From Eledone cirrhosa (Eukaryota), in contig OZ024742.1 in the NCBI GenBank assembly GCA_964016885.1, forward strand, positions 868,001 through 932,000: DNA of 64,000 bases, given 5' to 3'. A model generated the notes under the pieces. It saw nothing but the letters and a program-made list of their open reading frames with translations. It had not been told where the DNA came from and made no database searches. Of the stretch, positions 57,401 through 64,000 are shown in pieces. Made by a program: the position numbers and the translations under genes. Position 1 is the stretch's first letter. The number at the start of each line of letters is the position of its first letter.

Positions 57401-60400
57401 GAGGCTACACACAATAGGGTACTGCTCCCTATCTGTGACAGTGGAGCTACACACAATAGGGTACTGCTCCCTATCTGTGACAGTGGGGCTACACACAATA
57501 GGGTACTGCTCCCTATCTGTGACAGTGGAGCTACACACAATAGGGTACTGCTCCCTATCTGTGACAGTGGGGCTACACACAATAGGGTACTGCTCCCTAT
57601 CTGTGACAGTGGGGCTACACACAATAGGGTACTGCTCCCTATCTGTGACAGTGAGGCTACACACAATAGGGTACTGCTCCCTATCTGTGACAGTGAACAT
57701 ACACACAATAGGGTACTGCTCCCTATCTGTGACAGTGGACATACACACAATAGAGTACTGCTCCCTATCTGTGACACTGGGGCTACACACAATAGGGTAC
57801 TGCTCCCTATCTGTGACAGTGGACATACACACAATAGGGTACTGCTCCCTATCTGTGACAGTGGGGCTACGCACAATAGGGTACTGCTCCCTATCTGTGA
57901 TAGTGGGGCTACACACAATAAGGTACTGCTCCCTATCTGTGACAGTGGACATACACACAATAGGGTACTGCTCCCTATCTGTGACAGTGGGGCTACACAC
58001 AATAGGGTACTGCTCTCTATCTGTGACAGTCGAGTTACACACAATAGCGTACTGCTCCCTATCTGTGACAGTGGACATACACACAATAGGGTACTGCTCC
58101 CTATCTGTGACAGTGGGGCTACGAACAATAGGGTACTGCTCCCTATCTGTGACAGTGGGGCTACACACAATAGGGTACTGCTCCCTATCTGTGACAGTCG
58201 AGCTACACACAATAGGGTACTGCTCCCTATCTGTGACAGTGGACATACACACAATAGGGTACTGCTCCCTATCTGTGACAGTGGGGCTACACACAATAGG
58301 GTACTGCTCCCTATCTGTGACAGTGGGGCTACACACAATAGGGTACTGCTCCCTATCTGTGACAGTGGAGCTACACACAATAGGGTACTGCTCCCTATCT
58401 GTGACAGTGGACATACACACAATAGGGTACTGCTCCCTATCTGTGACAGTGGGGCTACACACAATATGGTACTGCTCCCTATCTGTGACAGTGGAGCTAC
58501 ACACAATAGGGTACTGCTCTCTATCTGTGACAGTGGACATACACACAATAGGGTACTGCTCTCTATCTGTGACGGTGGGGCTACACACAATAGGGTACTG
58601 CTCCCTATCTGTGACAGTCGAGCTACACACAATAGGGTACTGCTCCCTATCTGTGACAGTGGGGCTACACACAATAGGGTACTGCTCCCTATCTGTGACA
58701 GTTCACATACACACAATAGGGTACTGCTCCCTATCTGTGACAGTGAGGCTACACACAATAGGGTACTGCTCCCTATCTGTGACAGTGGACATACACACAA
58801 TAGGGTACTGCTCCCTATCTGTGACAGTGGACATACACACAATAGGGTACTGCTCCCTATCTGTGACAGTGGACATACACACAATAGGGTACTGCTCCCT
58901 ATCTGTGACAGTGGAGCTACACACAATAAGGTACTGCTCCCTATCTGTGACAGTGGGGCTACACACAATAAGGTACTGCTCCCTATCTGTGACAGTGGAC
59001 ATACACACAATAGGGTACTGCTCCCTATCTGTGACAGTTCACATACACACAATAGGGTACTGCTCCCTATCTGTGACAGTGGAGTGACACACAATAGGGT
59101 ACTGCTCCGTATCTGTGACAGTGGAGTGACACACAATAGGGTACTGCTCCCTATCTGTGACAGTGGAGCTACACACAATAGGGTACTGCTCCCTATCTGT
59201 GACAGTGAGGCTACACACAATAGGGTACTGCTCCCTATCTGTGATAGTGGACATACACACAATAGGGTACTGCTCCCTATCTGTGACAGTGGGGCTACAC
59301 ACAATAGGGTACTGCTCCCTATCTGTGACAGTCGAGCTACACACAATAGGGCACTGCTCCCTATCTGTGACAGTGGACATACACACAATAGGGTACTGCT
59401 CCCTATCTGTGACAGTGGGGCTACACACAATAGGGTACTGCTCCCTATCTGTGACAGTGGGGCTACACACAATAGGGTACTGCTCCCTATCTGTGACAGT
59501 CGAGCTACACACAATAGGGTACTGCTCCCTATCTGTGACAGTGGACATATACACAATAGGGTACTGCTCCCTATCTGTGACAGTGGAGCTACACACAATA
59601 GGGTACTGCTCTCTATCTGTGACGGTGGGGCTACACACAATAGGTTACTGCTCCCTATCTGTGACAGTCGAGCTACACACAATAGGGTACTGCTCCCTAT
59701 CTGTGACAGTGGGGCTACACACAATAGGGTACTGCTCCCTATCTGTGACAGTTTACATACACACAATAGGGTACTGCTCCCTATCTGTGACAGTGAGGCT
59801 ACACACAATAGGGTACTGCTCCCTATCTGTGACAGTGGACATACACACAATCGGGTACTGCTCCCTATCTGTGACAGTGGACATACACACAATAGGGTAC
59901 TGCTCCCTATATGTGACAGTGGACATACACACAATAGGGTACTGCTCTCTATCTGTGACGGTGGAGCTACACACAATAGGGTACTGCTCCCTATCTGTGA
60001 CATTGGAGTGACACACAATAGGGTACTGCTCCCTATCTGTGACACTGGGGCTACACACAATAGGGTACTGCTCCCTATCTGTGACAGTCGAGCTACACAC
60101 AATAGGGCACTGCTCCCTATCTGTGACAGTGGACGTACACACAATAGGGTACTGCTCACTATCTGTGACAGTGGGGCTACACACAATAGGGTACTGCTCC
60201 CTATCTGTGACAGTGGAGCTACACAATAGGGTACTGCTCCCTATCTGTGACAGTGGACATACACACAATAGGGTACTGCTCCCTATCTGTGACATTGGAG
60301 CTACACACAATAGGGTACTGCTCCCTATCTGTGACAGTGGACATACACACAATAGGGTACTGCTCCCTATCTGTGACAGTTGACATACACACAATAGGGT

Positions 60401-63400
60401 ACTGCTCCCTATCTGTGACAGTGGAGCTACACAATAGGGTACTGCTCCCTATCTGTGACAGTGGAGCTACACACAATAGGGTACTGCTCCCTATCTGTGA
60501 CAGTGGACATACACACAATAGGGTACTGCTCCCTATCTGTGATGGTGGAGCTACACACAATAGGGTACTGCTCCCTATCTGTGACAGTGGAGTGACACAC
60601 AATAGGGTACTGCTCCCTATCTGTGACAGTGGAGCTACACACAATAGGGTACTGCTCCCTATCTGTGACAGTGGACATACACACAATAGGGTACTGCTCC
60701 CTATCTGTGACAGTTCACATACACACAATAGGGTACTGCTCCCTATCTGTGACAGTGGAGTGACACACAATAGGGTACTGCTCCCTATCTGTGACAGTGG
60801 AGTGACACACAATAGGGTACTGCTCCCTATCTGTGACAGTGGACATACACACAATAGGGTACTGCTCCCTATCTGTGACAGTGAGGCTACACACAATAGG
60901 GTACTGCTCCCTATCTGTGACAGTGGACATACACACAATAGGGTACTGCTCCCTATCTGTGACAGAGGGGCTACACACAATAGGGTACTGCTCCCTATCT
61001 GTGACAGTGGACATACACACAATAGAGTACTGCTCCCTATCTGTGACAGTGGACATACACACAATAGGGTACTGCTCCCTATCTGTGACAGTGGGGCTAC
61101 ACACAATAGGGTACTGCTCCCTATCTGTGACAGTGGGGCTACACACAATAGGGTACTGCTCCCTATCTGTGACAGTGGACATACACACAATAGGGTACTG
61201 CTCCCTATCTGTGACAGTGGGGCTACACACAATAGGGTACTGCTCCCTATCTGTGACAGTGGGGCTACACACAATAGGGTACTGCTCCCTATCTGTGACA
61301 GTGGGGCTACACACAATAGGGTACTGCTCCCTATCTGTGACAGTGGACATACACACAATAGGGTACTGCTCCCTATCTGTGACAGTCGAGCTACATACAA
61401 TAGGGTACTGCTCCCTATCTGTGACAGTGGACATACACACAATAGAGTACTGCTCCCTATCTGTGACAGTGGGGCTACACACAATAGGGTACTGCTCCCT
61501 ATCTGTGACAGTGGGGCTACACACAATAGGGTACTGCTCCCTATCTGTGACAGTCGAGCTACACACAATAGGGTACTGCTCCCTATCTGTGACAGTGGAC
61601 ATACACACAATAGGGTACTGCTCCCTATCTGTGACAGTGGGGCTACACACAATAGGGTACTGCTCCCTATCTGTGACAGTGGACATACACACAATAGGGT
61701 ACTGCTCCCTATCTGTGACAGTGGACATACACACAATAGGGTACTGCTCCCTATCTGTGACAGTGGACATACACACAATAGGTTACTGCTCCCTATCTGT
61801 GACAGTGGACATACACACAATAGGGTACTGCTCCCTATCTGTGACAGTGAGGCTACACACAATAGGGTACTGCTCCCTATCTGTGACAGTGGGGCTACAC
61901 ACAATAGGGTACTGCTCCCTATCTGTGACAGTGAGGCTACACACAATAGGGTACTGCTCCCTATCTGTGACAGTGGGGCTACACACAATAGGGTACTGCT
62001 CCCTATCTGTGACAGTGAGGCTACACACAATAGGGTACTGCTCCCTATCTGTGACAGTGGGGCTACACACAATAGGGTACTGCTCCCTATCTGTGACAGT
62101 GAGGCTACACACAATAGGGTACTGCTCCCTATCTGTGACAGTGGGGCTACACACAATAGGGTACTGCTCCCTATCTGTGACAGTGAGGCTACACACAATA
62201 GGGTACTGCTCCCTATCTGTGACAGTGGGGCTACACACAATAGGGTACTGCTCCCTATCTGTGACAGTGAGGCTACACACAATAGGGTACTGCTCCCTAT
62301 CTGTGACAGTGAGGCTACACACAATATGGTACTGCTCCCTATCTGTGACAGTGGACATACACACAATAGGGTACTGCTCCCTATCTGTGACAGTGGACAT
62401 ACACACAATAGGGTACTGATCCCTATCTGTGACAGTGGACATACACACAATAGGGTACTGCTCCCTATCTGTGACAGTGGGGCTACACACAATAGGGTAC
62501 TGTTCTCTATCTGTGACGGTGGGGCTACACACAATAGGGTACTGCTCCCTATCTGTGACAGTGGACATACACACAATAGGGTACTGCTCCCTATCTGTGA
62601 CAGTGGGGCTACACACAATAGGGTACTGCTCCCTATCTGTGACAGTGGACATACACACAATAGGGTACTGCTCCCTATCTGTGACAGTGGACATACACAC
62701 AATAGGGTACTGCTCCCTATCTGTGACAGTGGACATACACACAATAGGGTACTGCTCCCTATCTGTGACAGTGGACATACACACAATAGGGTACTGCTCC
62801 CTATCTGTGACAGTGGACATACACACAATAGGGTACTGCTCCCTATCTGTGACAGTGGACATACACACAATAGGGTACTGCTCCCTATCTGTGACAGTGG
62901 GGCTACACACAATAGGGTACTGCTCCCTATCTGTGACAGTGGACATACACACAATAGAGTACTGCTCCCTATCTGTGACAGTGGGGCTACACACAATAGG
63001 GTACTGCTCCCTATCTGTGACAGTGAGGCTACACACAATAGGGTACTGCTCCCTATCTGTGACAGTGGACATACACACAATAGGGTACTGCTCCCTATCT
63101 GTGACAGTGGACATACACACAATAGGGTACTGCTCCCTATCTGTGACAGTGGACATACACACAATAGGGTACTGCTCCCTATCTGTGACAGTCGAGCTAC
63201 ACACAATAGGGTACTGCTCCCTATCTGTGACAGTGGACATACACACAATAGGGTACTGCTCCCTATCTGTGACAGTGGGGCTACACACAATAGGGTACTG
63301 CTCCCTATCTGTGACAGTGGGGCTACACACAATAGGGTACTGCTCCCTATCTGTGACAGTCGAGCTACACACAATAGGGTACTGTTCCCTATCTGTGACA

Positions 63401-64000
63401 GTGGACATACACACAATAGGGTACTGCTCCCTATCTGTGACAGTGGACATACACACAATAGGGTACTGCTCCCTATCTGTGACAGTGGACATACACACAA
63501 TAGAGTACTGCTCCCTATCTGTGACAGTGGACATACACACAATATGGTACTGCTCCCTATCTGTGACAGTGGACATACACACAATAGGGTACTGCTCCCT
63601 ATCTGTGACAGTGGACATACACACAATAGGGTACTGCTCCCTATCTGTGACAGTGGGGCTACACACAATAGGGTACTGCTCCCTATCTGTGACAGTGGGG
63701 CTACACACAATAGGGTACTGCTCCCTATCTGTGACAGTCGAGCTACACACAATAGGGTACTGCTCCCTATCTGTGACAGTGGACATACACACAATAGGGT
63801 ACTGCTCCCTATCTGTGACAGTGGACATACACACAATAGAGTACTGCTCCCTATCTGTGACAGTGGACATACACACAATAGGGTACTGCTCCCTATCTGT
63901 GACAGTGGACATACACACAATAGGGTACTGCTCCCTATCTGTGACAGTGGGGCTACACACAATAGAGTACTGCTCCCTATCTGTGACAGTGGGGCTACAC
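45492..64000. repeat. 42-bp satellite array (>18.5 kb, runs off the window) with a ~5.7-kb internal duplication
   Basis: Unit ACACACAATAGGGTACTGCTCCCTATCTGTGACAGT-(GGGGCT/GGACAT/GAGGCT/GGAGCT); rare variants recur at 5710 or 5752 bp offsets. Confidence 0.97.

Noticed and set aside
45421-63962. Very long ORFs (up to 2211 aa) of 14-aa repeats
   Set aside because: The 42-bp unit is a multiple of 3 and stop-free in several frames on both strands; 2-bp indels switch frames without constraint. This is a satellite artefact. The variable slot reuses a few states, so it is not a spacer array either.

Overview
Eukaryotic, AT-rich and repeat-saturated DNA; the SINE, RTE and microsatellite repertoire resembles that of octopus/cephalopod genomes (inference). 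The only host gene is on the minus strand: three GT-AG exons (18096-18230, 14438-14559, 10924-11065) splice in frame into part of a class IX-like unconventional myosin motor domain. Everything else appears intronic: about 10 5'-truncated RTE LINE copies, a CR1-type LINE, two decayed Penelope-like elements (PLEs; RT + GIY-YIG), tRNA-derived SINEs, a piggyBac-type MITE, a recurrent ~600-bp non-coding element, long (TA)n fields, and four larger tandem arrays, including an 18.5-kb 42-bp satellite. The signal least explained by the ORF track is a set of four type I hammerhead-ribozyme folds (902-1028 +, 4749-4826 +, 15204-15312 -, 40988-41048 +). One lies in the 3' end of a PLE; the others lie in short non-coding inserts adjoining (TA)n tracts. 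Folds were paired by eye and activity is untested. Most long ORFs in the track are repeat artefacts.
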